Assembly: GCA_951406725.2 (NCBI GenBank)
Contig: OX597838.1
Location: 9,796,001-9,860,000 of the forward strand
Reading direction: 5' to 3'
DNA: 64,000 nucleotides
From: Octopus vulgaris
Taxonomy: Eukaryota
Positions 40,928 through 54,105 of the stretch are shown here, one piece after another. The number at the start of each line of letters is the position of its first letter. Within the stretch, counting starts at the first letter, position 1. The notes below the pieces were generated by a model, which made no database searches, had not been told where the DNA came from, and saw nothing but the letters and a program-made list of their open reading frames with translations. The position numbers were made by a program, and so were the translations under genes.

Positions 40928-41376
40928 TGTTTGTAGAAAGTAGTGCAATGAAATGTATGAGAGGGGAAGGGAACTCTATCTCACAGAGAATTAAAAGCAG
41001 TTTTTTGTGGTTGATATCTCCAATAATAAAAGAAAACCATATTTTGACTGAAAAAAATTATATTAAAATTACAATTCTCAAGAATGTGTAGTCTTTGATA
41101 ATGTGTTGTTTTTTTTTCACATACTCCCATAAATTAATAAGCAGATTTCTTCATTATACATAGATGATGTTCTTTCTCTCATTACTTCTTCTTTAGCTCC
41201 AGGCAAATAATGAAAAGTTACAAAAAACGAATGATTTTGTTTTGTTGTCGGAATATGAAGCATAAATTGTGACTCCTGAGTCACAATTTATCAGACGGCT
41301 CAACAGATTGACTAAACAAGCTGACAGAACATACAGCCATAGTCTCTTGATATAAGAAGCTTCACGTGTGATACAT

Positions 41377-41781
41377 ACTCTTTACTCTTTACTCTTTTAC
41401 TTGTTTCAGTCATTTGACTGCGGCCATGCTGGAGCACCGCCTTTTAATCGAGCAACTCGACCCCGGGACTTATTCTTTTGTAAGCCCAGGACTTATTCTA
41501 TCGGTCTCTTTTGCCGAACCGCTAAGTGTCGGGGACATAAACACACACCAGCATCGGTTGTCAAGCAATGCTAGGGGGACAGACACAGACACACAAACAT
41601 ACACGCACACACATATATATACATATATACAACGGGCTTCTTTCAGTTTCCGTCTACCAAATCCACTCACAAGGCATTGGTCAGCCCGGGGCTATAGCAG
41701 AAGACACTTGCCCAAGATGCCACGCAGTGGGACTGAACCCGGAACCATGTGGTTGGTTAGCAAGCTACTTACCACACAGCC
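41377..41781 (-). mobile_element. SINE family A, near full length
   Basis: Family A sequence. Confidence 0.92.
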
Positions 41782-41856
41782 AATTTTTTTAAACTTTTAC
41801 CACTTATTTTCTAGCACAGATCTATGTATTAGTAAGGCAAGAAGTCTTTGATCATA

Positions 41857-42825
41857 TACCCATTTCTTTACTACCCGCAAGGGGCTAAACACAGAGGGGA
41901 CAAACAAGGACAGACACACGGATTAAGTTGATTACATCGACCCCAGTACATAACTGGTACTTATTTAATCGACCCCGAAAGGATGAAAGGCAAAGTTGAC
42001 CTCGGCGAAATTTGAACTTAGAACGTAGCGACAGACGAAATACCTATTTCTTTATTACCCACAAGGGGCTAAACACAGAGGGGACAAACAAGGACAGACA
42101 AACGACCAAGTCGATTACATCGACCCCAGTGCGCAACTGGTACTTATTTAATCGACCGCGAAAGGATGAAAGGCAAAGTTGACCTTGGCGAAATTTGAAC
42201 TTAGAACGTAGCGACAGACGAAATACCTATTTCTTTATTACCCACAAGGAGCTAAACACAGAGGGGACAAACAAGGACAGACAAACGACTAAGCCGATTA
42301 CATCGACCCCAGTGCGTAACTAGTACCTATTTAATCGACCCCGAAAGGATGAAAGGCAAAGTCGACCTCAGCGAAATTTGAACTTAGAACGTAGCGACAG
42401 ACGAAATACCTATTTCTTTATTACCCACAAGGAGCTAAACACAGAGGGGACAAACAAGGACAGACAAACGACTAAGCCGATTACATCGACCCCAGTGCGT
42501 AACTGGTACTTATTTAATCGACGCCGAAAGGATGAAAGGCAAAGTTGACCTCGGCGAAATTTGAACTTAGAACGTAGTGACAGACGAAATACCTATTTCT
42601 TTACTACCCGCAAGGGGCTAAACACAGAGGGGACAAACAAGGACAGACATAGGTATTAAGTCGATTACATCGACCCCAGTGCGTAACTGGTGCTTAATTT
42701 ATCGACCCCGAAAGGATGAAAGGCAAAGTCGACCTCGGCGGAATTTGAACTCACAACATTGCGCCAGATGAAATACCGATAAGCATTTCACCCGGCAATG
42801 CTAACGTTTCTGCCAGTTCGACACC
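41857..42825 (-). repeat. Tandem array of five 183-184-bp SINE family B units plus one 5' leader
   Basis: Unit junction tacc(c/t)atttc at 41857, 42041, 42224, 42407 and 42590; leader 42774-42825. Confidence 0.95.
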
Positions 42826-43106
42826 ACAATTATAAAGCCATTCTTGTTTCATCTCTTTCCCATCTTTACATAACACTGCTTCTCATCATAAAACTGATCA
42901 AGTTAGCTGCTATAGTTTCAGTTTTGAGTCAGGGTGTTCATTGCCCCCCTTTGAAATTTGTGACTTAATCTTCAATCTTAAGCCTTTGACCTTTCATGCT
43001 AACTAAGAGTACAGTCAGTGTCTTTAATTGCAATTGTTATTGTATAATGTTCTACAATATTCCCTTTTCTGAACTTACCTTAGCTTCTCTCTCCCCTCTT
43101 CTCTCG

Positions 43107-43242
<136 letters not shown>

Positions 43243-43399
43243 CCCCTCTCTCAGATCTTTGTGATTTTCATCACTGCCTACAATTTTGTTCCAATTGTTT
43301 TCAAATTTGGTATATAGATTAAGTTTTGTATACTGATTATGAAAATAATGTTTTAATGTTTTTCACTGTTTACTGGCTGCCCCCAAATGTCTACTAGAT

Positions 43400-43665
43400 A
43401 CTCTTTTACTTGTTTCAGTCATCTGACTGCGGCCATGCTGGAGCACCGCCTTTAGTCGAGCAAATCGACCCCAGGACTTATTCTTTGCAACCCCAGGACT
43501 TATTCTTTGCAACCCCAGGACTTATTCTTTGCAACCCCAGTACTTATTCTATCGGTCTCTTTTGCCAAACCGAACCGCTAAGTTACGGGGACGAAAACAC
43601 ACCAGCATCGGTTGTCAAGCGATGTTGGTGGGGACAAACACAGACACTCTCACACACACACACAC
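43400..43665 (-). mobile_element. SINE family A 3' half with an internal 22-bp triplication
   Basis: accccaggacttattctttgca x3. Confidence 0.88.
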
Positions 43666-44006
43666 ACCATTCCTGCCCTAACCCATCCTAGCCCTTCCCT
43701 CCGTTCACATACTCCTACAAATCTAAACACTCGCGTCAATAGAAGTAAAACCTCTATATGTCTTTTATGCTTAGGGGTTTTCATATAAATTAAGTTGTGG
43801 CTGCAGACACAAAGGACTTGACATAAAAGAGAAGGAAAATGAGTATTTTGTGTCTCTCTCTGGTTCCACGCTTGCACTTAATGAGAAAAACATACACGTG
43901 TTCTTTGTGCGTTCGGAAATTAACCCTAACTCCACCCCCCACAGACACACACACACACACCACCATTTCCATCACTTCCACCAACATAAATGTACGTCTG
44001 TGTGTA

Positions 44007-44060
<54 letters not shown>

Positions 44061-44358
44061 TATATATATACATATATATATAAGGTTAATCCAAACAGGA
44101 AAACAGAAAAAACAACAACACGTGGAATATGTATGTATATATGTATGTATGTATGTATGTATATATTTGTGTATGTGTATACATATATACATGCACACAT
44201 ACATATATATATAGACACCTACGCATACATATATGTAAATATATATCTGGATGTAATGTACTATATATACATGTGTATGTATGTGTATATATGTGTGTAT
44301 ATGTGCATGCGTGTGTACGTATGTCTATATGACTATGTATTTGTGTGTGCGTGTGTTA

Positions 44359-44395
<37 letters not shown>

Positions 44396-44406
44396 CATAT
44401 ATATAT

Positions 44407-44459
<53 letters not shown>

Positions 44460-44975
44460 GGGTCTCCAAATTAGAGGAACAACCATTTAGCTCTTATTTA
44501 CTTGGTAGTTCTTTTAAAAAGAGAAAATTCTTTTAAAAGCCAAAATATTAACAATGAGCGCAGAAGAAAATCAATCGACAAATGAACGAAATCCGACTGA
44601 ATTATTTCAAAAGCAGCAATGCTACAGCATGGTCTTGCGCTTGAGATGACTAAAACAAACTTAAACAAAAGAACCTCGATTTTTTTTTTTTTTTGGTTTC
44701 TTATTAGTTTTCACTTAACTAATTTCTAACACTCGTTATTACTAACGAAGAAATGACTAGACTGCTGTGACGCTAACCGAAAGTAGCAGAAGCCATTAGC
44801 GAGAACAACCCTTCACATTAAATCCAATCGTTTTATTTTTCCATCACACTGATGTATTAGTATAATGCTCGGAAATTGAAGAAGTCTTTAACGTTTCGAG
44901 CCTATGCTCTTCCACAGAAAGGAACACAGAAAGAAACAAGGAGAGGAAAATGTGTGTAGTGGCTAGCGATCTATC

Positions 44976-45382
44976 ATGATGACAATGATGATGATGACAA
45001 TGACAACAATCATGATGATGATGATAATGATGATGCTGATGATGACGATGACGATGATAACAATGATGATGATGACAATGATGATGATAACGATGATGAT
45101 GACGATGATGATGACAATGATGATGATGATGATGACCTTGATAACAATGATGATGATGACAATGATGATGATTATGATGATGATGACGATGATGATGATA
45201 ATGATGATGATGACAATGATGATGATTATGATGATGATGACGATGACGATGATAACAATGATGATGATGACAATGATGATGATTATGATGATGATAACAA
45301 TGATGATGATGACAATGATGATGATTATGATGATGATGACAATGGCAACAATCATGATGGTGATGATGATGATAATGATGAT
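44976..45382. repeat. (GAT/GAC/AAT)n trinucleotide repeat
   Basis: Direct reading. Confidence 0.97.
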
Positions 45383-45997
45383 CAACTTCAACTACAGATG
45401 ATAATAACTGACATGCATCTTTTTTCCAGCATCATCCAAAATACGTGTGTTGTTAGACCTCGATTTTTCAGCCTCTTTTGCTGGAGATTATTCTCTCGAT
45501 GCAGTTCATCCTGTCCTATTTTACTTCGCTGACTCCTGCAAATGTCCCTCACACAGATTTACCAAAGAAACACGCTTCCAGTCGATTTCTCTCCTCTTGT
45601 CATTCTTCAGCATATTTTAACTCGAGGGAAGTAACCATTAATAGATAACGTATCTGTCATGTAGAGTTTTCGATATTTACTCAAAAATCTGCCAGCAGAG
45701 CTTTCATTCTAGACCAAGTCTACGTTTGGAACATTAGTTTTTAGGGATAAACACATTATGTTTGGCACTGGTTCAGCTTTCTGCTGCAACTGGTTTGCTC
45801 TTTGAGCTTCAGTGAACCTTTAGTTTCTTCAGCCTGATGGAATCTTTTTTCGGTTACATTTTTGTTATGTTTGAGAAATTCTTCTGCCTGCCATTGGTTC
45901 CTTTTTGGGTTTTTTTCTTTTGTATTTCTTTTCTTAATTTTCAACTTTTACACTTCAAGCTGTCACTCATACACATAAAACTTCTGTACTAGACTTC

Positions 45998-46031
<34 letters not shown>

Positions 46032-46260
46032 TTCTCTCTCAGATTTTCTCTTAATTTTCAGCTTTTACACTAGAAACTATCACTCACTTATAACACATAA
46101 AATGTCCATAGTTTTGTCAAAAAATGCACACTTATGTAAATACACTTCTGTACTCAACATTAACCAAGCATATACACACACACACACTCTCTCTCTCCCT
46201 CTCCTTCTCTTTCTCCATCTTTCCTTTCTTCCCTTTAAAAATATCTCATATCAATGCAGA

Positions 46261-46523
46261 GTGTGTGTGTGTGTCTTTGTGTCTGTGTTTGTGTGTCTGT
46301 GTTTGTGTGTTTGTGTTTGTCCCCTAGCATTGCTTGACAACCGATGCTGGTGTGTTTATGTCCCCGTTACTTAGCAGTTTGGCAAAAGAGACCGATAGAA
46401 TAAGTACTGGGCTTACAAAAGAATAAGTCCCAGGATCGAGTTGCTCGATTAAAGGTGGTGCTCCGGCATGGCCGCAGTCAAATGACTGAAACAAGTAAAA
46501 GAGTAAAGAGAGAGTAAAAGAGT
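46261..46523 (+). mobile_element. SINE family A, 3' half
   Basis: Microsatellite through to the tail. Confidence 0.88.
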
Positions 46524-46773
46524 ATATATTGGAATGAAACCATGTTGTCTTCAAAACATATGTCGAGAGTAAAGGAATTTTGTTAACATCTTCGTTCGAC
46601 TCCATTCTTTCATTTATACATATACAACACACAAAATTCTGCACATGAACCCGGAGTTTCTACCCTTGGACAGGTCGCTTCAACCGTGTTTCTGACGTGA
46701 ATTTGCTACCCTGGTTTCAGTTCAACGAATTTTCCATGCTGACGATAAACATAGGATAATTCATTCACCGATT

Positions 46774-46819
<46 letters not shown>

Positions 46820-46849
46820 TATATATATACATATATATATATGTCTGTT

Positions 46850-46885
<36 letters not shown>

Positions 46886-47609
46886 CAAATAGCATAAATT
46901 TTAAAACTTCACTCATCAATGACAAAAAAACAAAAAAAATTACAGAATGGTATGAGAAGTAAGATGAGGTTGGAGGTGGTGGTGGTGGTGGTGATGGTGG
47001 TGGTGGTGGCGGTGGGGGTGGCAACAACAGCAGCAGTAGCATGAACAGCAGCAGCAGCAGCAGTGGCAGAGTAACTGTCCCTTCTATCATTTTACCTGTC
47101 TTGCAAACTCCTTTCCATGAATATGTTAATTTTATTTTGTTATTCGGAATTTTTATAGGAATCACCTGTGAGATTCACATTTAGATGCCAGGGTGATAGC
47201 ACGGCAACATCTCTCTTTCTCTCTCTCTCATTATTTTTTTCTCTATATTGCTCTCTCTCTCTTTCTGTCAGTTAGTGACTATTTCGTTACAGTGCAAAGG
47301 TTAAGAGATCTGAAACAGTGATTAGTTGTATGTATGTATGTATGCACATATATGTGTGTGTATGCATGCATAAAAGTGTATACATATTATGTCTATAATG
47401 TATGTATATATAATCGTATATAATGTATATGCGTGTATAAAAATGTATATATATATATAGTATATATATATATATATATATGTAAAAAAATACAAACTGG
47501 GACAAGAACACAAAACATTTAGAAGACGATACAAAATAGTCTTTTTGGTCTTATATGTAAGTATATAGATATATATACATACGTACATACATATATATAA
47601 ATATATATA

Positions 47610-48466
47610 CAGGGTGCAATGAGTAACTTGTCGCCATTTTATATTTTTAATTTCATGCATGTGCATTGTTTGTTTTTGATTTTGTCCACTACACAGTATA
47701 GTAGGGTCAGTTGGGCACCGTCTGTGAGAAAAACAGCTCCATGATGCAATTCACTCTGCCAGAAATTTGGAAACGACATGCTGTACTGCATGGCATTCGT
47801 GCCAGAAGCTCCAATACAAACATTTCAGAGTGTTTGGGTGTCAATCTGAGAACAGTGCACTCTGAGAACATGTACCGAGAGTGATAAAAATCAAGCATCC
47901 AGTCAACATCATGGGGTTTGGAGTGATCACTAATGATGGCGACGTCATGCCTTCATTCATCTTCCCACACAGCCTCAGATTCAACATCAAGTGACCAGAG
48001 GAGGTAGTGCTGCTCTGGGTCAAGAGCGTGGCTGCTGGAAGATTCTATGTCTGGCAACAGGACTTTGCACCATGCCACACAAGCAGGAGAACCCAGTCAT
48101 GGCTGTCAGATAATTTCTGCAACTACATCACCCCTAACATCTGCAACCCCCTTGATTGTTATGCGTGGGGCACAATTGAGTGAGAGACCAACAAAACTCC
48201 TTGCAATACCAAAGATGAACTGAAGACAAGGATTATGACAGCATTCACCAACTTAAACAAGAAGACCGTCCAGAACAGTTGCAGGAGATTCCGAAGTGTC
48301 TAAGGCCGTGGTTGAAGCCAGTGGCGATTTTTATTGAATAAACTTATTCTTTAGTATTTCAAGATATTTTAATGTAATTGTGGTGTAAATATATCTGTTA
48401 AAATTAGATGCCAGTGTTATTTTCATCTTTGCATAATTTAAATGACAGTTTATTCATCGCACCCTG
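47610..48466 (+). mobile_element. Internally deleted Tc1/mariner-superfamily transposon, maT (DD37D)-like
   Basis: TA|CAGGGTGC ... GCACCCTG|TA. Remnant KHPVNIMGFGVITNDGDVMPSFIF...YVWQQDFAPCHTSRRTQSWLSDNF...CNPLDCYAWG; the spacing fits D37D only if the usual WPPNSPD block was deleted (inference). Confidence 0.88.
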
Positions 48467-48518
48467 TATATATAAATGCATATATATTACATCTATATAT
48501 ATATATTACATCTATATA

Positions 48519-48827
48519 TCATCATCGTTTAACGTCCGTTCTCCATGCTAGCATGGGTTGGACGGTTCGACCGGGGATCTGGGAAGCCAGAAGGCTGCAC
48601 CAGGCTCCAGTCTGATCTGGCAGTGTTTCTACAGTTGGATGCCCTTCCTAATGCCAACCACTCCATGAGTGTAGTGGGTGCTTTTTATGTGCCAGGCGAG
48701 GCTGGCAACGGCCACGATCGGATTGGTGCATTTTACGTGCCACCGGAACGGAAGCCAGTCAAGGCGGCACTGGCATCGGCCACGATTCGGATGGTGCTTT
48801 TTACATGCCACCGGCACGGAAGCCAGT
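48519..48827 (-). mobile_element. Repeat family D copy
   Basis: Reverse complement of the 16413-16787-type sequence. Confidence 0.85.
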
Positions 48828-48867
48828 CTATATATATATGTATAAATGTAAATATATTATATATATA

Positions 48868-48996
<129 letters not shown>

Positions 48997-50110
48997 TGAA
49001 AGGTAGAATGTAAGAAGGAACCAAATGATAACAAAGTAGATAATTGACTGAGTGCCAGATAGTAACGTGCCTGACTATTTCGAAAAGTCAAGGCAAACGA
49101 CATGTCTGTTCATCTGCTGCTTCTGTGGAAAAAGAAGAAAAAAAAAGCAACAAAAAAAAATGTTAAAAAGTAGAAAACACCATCGTTAGTAAAACGGCTG
49201 CTACCATTGCTGCTGCTGCTGTGTCGTGTGAAATTAGTTTAGAAAATTCAATAACGTCAACTAAAAATTTCATGAAAACGCCTTGCAAGCATACGTATGC
49301 GTTAATGTATGTGTTGTGTAACCATGCTGTGAGTGAATGCATGTGTTGTGTGGATATGCAGTGTGTGTGTGTGTGTATGTGTCAGTTTCAACACTGGTTT
49401 TCCTTTTTTTTTTTTTTTTGTTTAATACCTTCTTCAAGAGGATGAACAAAACTTAGGAAGTCTAAGAATCTTTTGACAGATTGCCGGTAGAGAGTGTGCA
49501 CACATGTGACAGATTGAGAGTCTAGCTAGCATGCTTGTGTCTTCTCTCTGAATAGGAGAGGAAGGACTGACACAATAACTTTGTAGGTTTTTGTGCTATT
49601 TTTTTTTCAATCTTTATTTGTTTTTTTTACAAAATTTGATTTCCAAAGATATTTCTCAAAGAGTAAGTGCTGATGATTTTCCTTCAAGAGAGCTTGCTAT
49701 ACCAGTAGTTTTCAACCAGGGTCCATGAAACCCCTGGATCCATGCAAGCGATACAGTAAATTGAGTTCACAAGCTGCATGGTGACCTCACTAGTAGAGGT
49801 GCCATGAAAAAAAAGCATCTAGTACACTCTGTAAAATGGTTGGCATTAAGAAGGACATCCAGTCGTTGAAACTGGAGCACAATGCAATCCTCAGGTTCAT
49901 CAGATTCTGTCAAACCATTTATTTTTATAATTATAATACAATTAATATATATTGATTATTCTATTATTCTTGAAATTGGCGTTATTCTTAAACTCGAGTT
50001 TCAACCCCAAAAAACTCATTCACCAGTCAGCATCATTAGACTGTGGCCGGCATAATGGAATAGGAGCTTTATTTGCATAGTCAAAATGTTTCCCGTAAAC
50101 AAATTTTATA

Positions 50111-50151
<41 letters not shown>

Positions 50152-50257
50152 TCACGTGACCGACCAGACCATCAGATGTTGCTACACATCGCTGGTCACA
50201 ATGCGTTCGCATTGTTTTAGCCTTTGAATGACGCCATCCCGCTGGCTAAGCGAGCAG

Positions 50258-50317
<60 letters not shown>

Positions 50318-51294
50318 TTTATATATATAGTGACGGAAAAAAAACACTTATGTCATTATCACGGTTAAAAACAAGCCAGGTGTTAAGGAGTGCCAAGCAG
50401 CGAAATATTGAACAAAAACCAAGCCGTCCAACTAACTGAATGGATGTGGATTTAATTATTATTTCAGTAGGTTCTCAGTGCCATGACACAGATATCTAAT
50501 CTGCACTGTCACCAGTTGAATGGACTGTGAACACTGAATTGCCAGCATGTACGTTTTCATTGTTCAGTTCTCCGACTAGTCTCCGGAATAATACATAGCA
50601 AGGAAATGCTTAAATACTATGATCCATCCATCCATCTATACAAACATATATCCACTTTGTATTTTCCAAGAGATTATCGTTAAGGCATAACAAATACAGA
50701 GACGTACAAAGTGCCCCATTCAAATACGTATAGAAACTGAATTCTGAGAAAAGTATTTGAACACGCATGCGCATTCTACTGCTTTGACATTGCTTTTTTT
50801 TTGGGGGGGGGGTTATGTGAGTGGTGGGGAGAGGTGACATTGATTATTATTTTCATGATTGATTGATATTGGTTTGTTTGTATAACAGCTATAACATGCA
50901 GTCTTTCAGAATTTGTGTTCGTGACAAGCAATCTTTGGAGAATTTTATTACCATGACTATGCTTTCTTCCTCCATGTTTTTCTTCTTCTTCTTCTTTAGA
51001 TTGCTTGAGTAATCAAGTTGTTAGTGCTACTTGGCAGATAGTCAGTCATTTGAGCAATCTACAAACACTTTTTTTTATTTATTTATTTATCAGGAAAGTT
51101 TTCAGTTCCCTTCAATAATTATTCCACGCACGGTTTCGATTCCCATTTGTGGCCATTGTACTTCCTAACGTACATTGATGCATTACAGCCATTGATTAAA
51201 TAATTACATAAAAGGAAAAAAAAAAAAAAAATTGCTGAAATAGTCTCCGTTCTAAATTGCAAAGTTTGCAATTTTTCTTTAATTTATATCTATA

Positions 51295-51680
51295 CTAGCA
51301 GTATCGCCCAGCGTTGCTCAGGTTTGTAAGGGAAATAACTATAAAGCATTTTTAGAGAGTTATATCCAAAAAATAGCAAAAAAATGGAAAAAAATGATGG
51401 TAAATTTTTTTTGAGATTTAAAAAAGGTGGAGTTGCGTCCCCTAGACAGTTTGTGGTTCGTGTTTCTGATTCTCGACCCCATGTCAAATTTATCGATTTT
51501 TTTCAGAACTGGGGGAACTTTTCAAAATTTTCGCTGCGTTAGTTTTGAATTATGACATTGGGCTATGTGTGTGTCAAGTTTCATCAGAATCAGTTGAAAG
51601 CCGTGGTCAGGGTGAGGGTACAAGCAAACAGACACACAGAAACACGCACAGACAAACTGCCGTTTATATAGAGAGAGATA
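51295..51680 (+). mobile_element. Non-autonomous Helitron-like (Lep1/DINE-type) element
   Basis: actagcagtatcgcccagcgttgctcaggtttgtaagggaaataac ... acagacaaactgccgtttatatagagagagat. Confidence 0.7.
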
Positions 51681-51826
51681 TATATTTTATTCGCTATCTC
51701 CATGATCAAAATATAACAACTTCGTATTTTCTCTTTAAACTGTTGAGAACATTTAGAAAACTTTTTATAATGAGCAGAGTCGTCTTGGCGGCATCATAAG
51801 CCCCTGAACAAATCAACACACTAGAC

Positions 51827-52046
51827 CAGTGGTTTTCAACCAGGGTTCTGTGGAACCTTAGGGTTCCGCCATTACAGTCCAGGGGTTCCGCAAGATGTTA
51901 CAAAAACTGCTAAAATTGGCAGTAATTTTTAATTCTCCTGTGCAGATATGTGTGCATAAGACTATTAAATTATTGCACAGGGGTTCCTCGAGCCAGTGGA
52001 ATGTTTCCTTGGGGTTCTGCTCCAGCAAAAAGTTTGAAAAGCACTG
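51827..52046. mobile_element. hAT (Buster-type) MITE with perfect 8-bp TSD
   Basis: CACTAGAC|CAGTGGTTTTCAAC ... TTTGAAAAGCACTG|CACTAGAC. Confidence 0.93.
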
Positions 52047-52791
52047 CACTAGACACAAGAGAGATAGATCACAATTGGGCTGCTTGGCCCGCAAGAACCC
52101 CGGGTAACTGCCCACTGTACCCATACCTTAAAATGGCACTGACTATGAAGAAAATAAAATTCTACTGTATGCCATGGCTTTATACATATCGCTGAGGCGT
52201 TTCACTCGGCTCCTCAATCTTTCTTTCTCATTAACTTTGAAATTATACGACCGTCTGTCTGTGCGAGCAATGGATAATTATATCTAGTTTCAATTCCCGG
52301 TTGTAGTCATTTGGTTTCCATGGCATCGTTAATAAAGGCGAAATGATTGTGTGAAAAGTAAAATCGCAAGTACGTCTTGTTGCTTCGTTCACATAGTTAA
52401 TGCTCTCGACTAGACAAAGTCATGAACAACATGGCTTCCAATCTCTCCCTCTCTCTCTCTCTCTCTCCCTCTCTCCCCTCCTCACTGTTTAACCATCACA
52501 CGTTTGTCTACGAAAGAAATAGATAATGCGTTCTAACTTCAATTCCCGGTTGTAGTTATTTCGTTTGAATTGCATCGCTATTAGAGACGAAATGTTTAAG
52601 TCGGATAGATAAACCAACGAGTTTGTGAGTACAAATTTGCTGGGATATCAGACACAAACTGACATTGTGTATGTAAGTGTATCACAATATAAGACTTATG
52701 AAGTATGTATAAATATATACTCTATCTATCTATCTATCTCCATCCGTCCATATATCGTGTGTGTATGTATGTGTGTGTGTTTGTGTGTGTG

Positions 52792-52830
<39 letters not shown>

Positions 52831-52908
52831 GGGGGTACTTTTTGGTTATCTCACCCCCATTAAAATATTGGGTTATCTCTCCATGTTTTATGAGAAATAG
52901 TAGTACTT

Positions 52909-53131
52909 AGCTGGCAGAAACGTTAGCACGCCTGGCGAAATGCTGAGCGGTATTTCGTCTGCCGTTACGTTCTGAGTTCAAATTCCGCCAAGGTTGACTT
53001 TGCCTTTCATCCTTTCGGGATCGATTAAATAAGTACCAGTTACGCACTGGGGTCGATATAATCGACTTAATCCGTTTGTCTGTCCTTGTTTGTCCCTTCT
53101 GTGTTTAGCCCCTTGTGGGTAGTAAAGAAAT
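52909..53131 (+). mobile_element. SINE family B
   Basis: Family B sequence. Confidence 0.9.
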
Positions 53132-53346
53132 ATAATAAAACAAACAAAAAGTGAAATGTTGAAACCGCATATTGGATCTGATATTTTTTATAACAAATCA
53201 TACAAAACTGAAATGATTAATAAACAGGAAAACTGAAAGAATTAAACAGCTTACTGAATAGCCATCTTGAAAGCCAAATGCCCCCACGGGGTTGTAAGAG
53301 AAAATCAAGCTAGCATGTTACAGACGTAACTAGCGGTTGGTTTGCT

Positions 53347-53536
53347 TGGCACGTAAAAAGCACCCACTACACTCTCGGAGTGGTTGGCGTTAGGAAGGGC
53401 ATCCAGCTGTAGAAACTCTGCCAGATCAAGATTGGAGCCTGGTGCAGCCATCTGGTTCGCCAGTCCTCAGTCAAAATCGTCCAACCCATGCTAGCGTGGA
53501 AAGCAGACGTTAAACGACGATGATGATGATGATGAT
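53347..53536 (+). mobile_element. Repeat family D copy
   Basis: tggcacgtaaaaagcaccc...acgttaaacgacgatgatg. Confidence 0.85.
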
Positions 53537-53873
53537 GTTTTGGAAAATATTTCCTAAAGAAATATTTTGACGTCAAGTCACCAATTTATATAGTGGAATG
53601 TGTTGGTAAAAGGTTGTCTACTTTAGTGTAAGTGTTCATAGAGAGCTTTTGAGAAAGCATGTGTAATGGAATATCAGTAGGCATTTTTATACAAAACATT
53701 TTAATTTATTAAAAGATAATGAGAACTGACAAATCATATAAGCATAGCCAGTGCATGTGCATATGCTAGAGAAAGCTTTATAATTTATGTTTGAAATATG
53801 GATTCAGTTAGAAGTTGTTATAATGTAATAGAAACTGAGCTAGCGTAAACAAAAATATATTGTTCATAATATG

Positions 53874-54105
53874 TATTTCTTTACTACCCACAAGGGGCTA
53901 AACAAAGAGGGGACAAACAAGGACAGACAAACAGATTAAGTCGATTACATCGACACCAGTGCGTAACTGGTACTTAATTTATCGACCCCGAAAGGATGAA
54001 AGGCAAAGTCAACCTCGGTGGAATTTGAACTCGGAACATAACGACAGACGAAATACGGCTACGCATTTTGCCCGGCGTGCTAACGTTTCTGCCAGCTCAC
54101 CGCCA
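53874..54105 (-). mobile_element. SINE family B, full length with TSD
   Basis: Flanked on both sides by tattgttcataatatg. Confidence 0.92.

Noticed and set aside
41857-42825. Regular repeat array considered as CRISPR-like
   Set aside because: Whole 183-bp units repeat with no unique spacers; the sequence is SINE family B; eukaryotic context with no cas genes.
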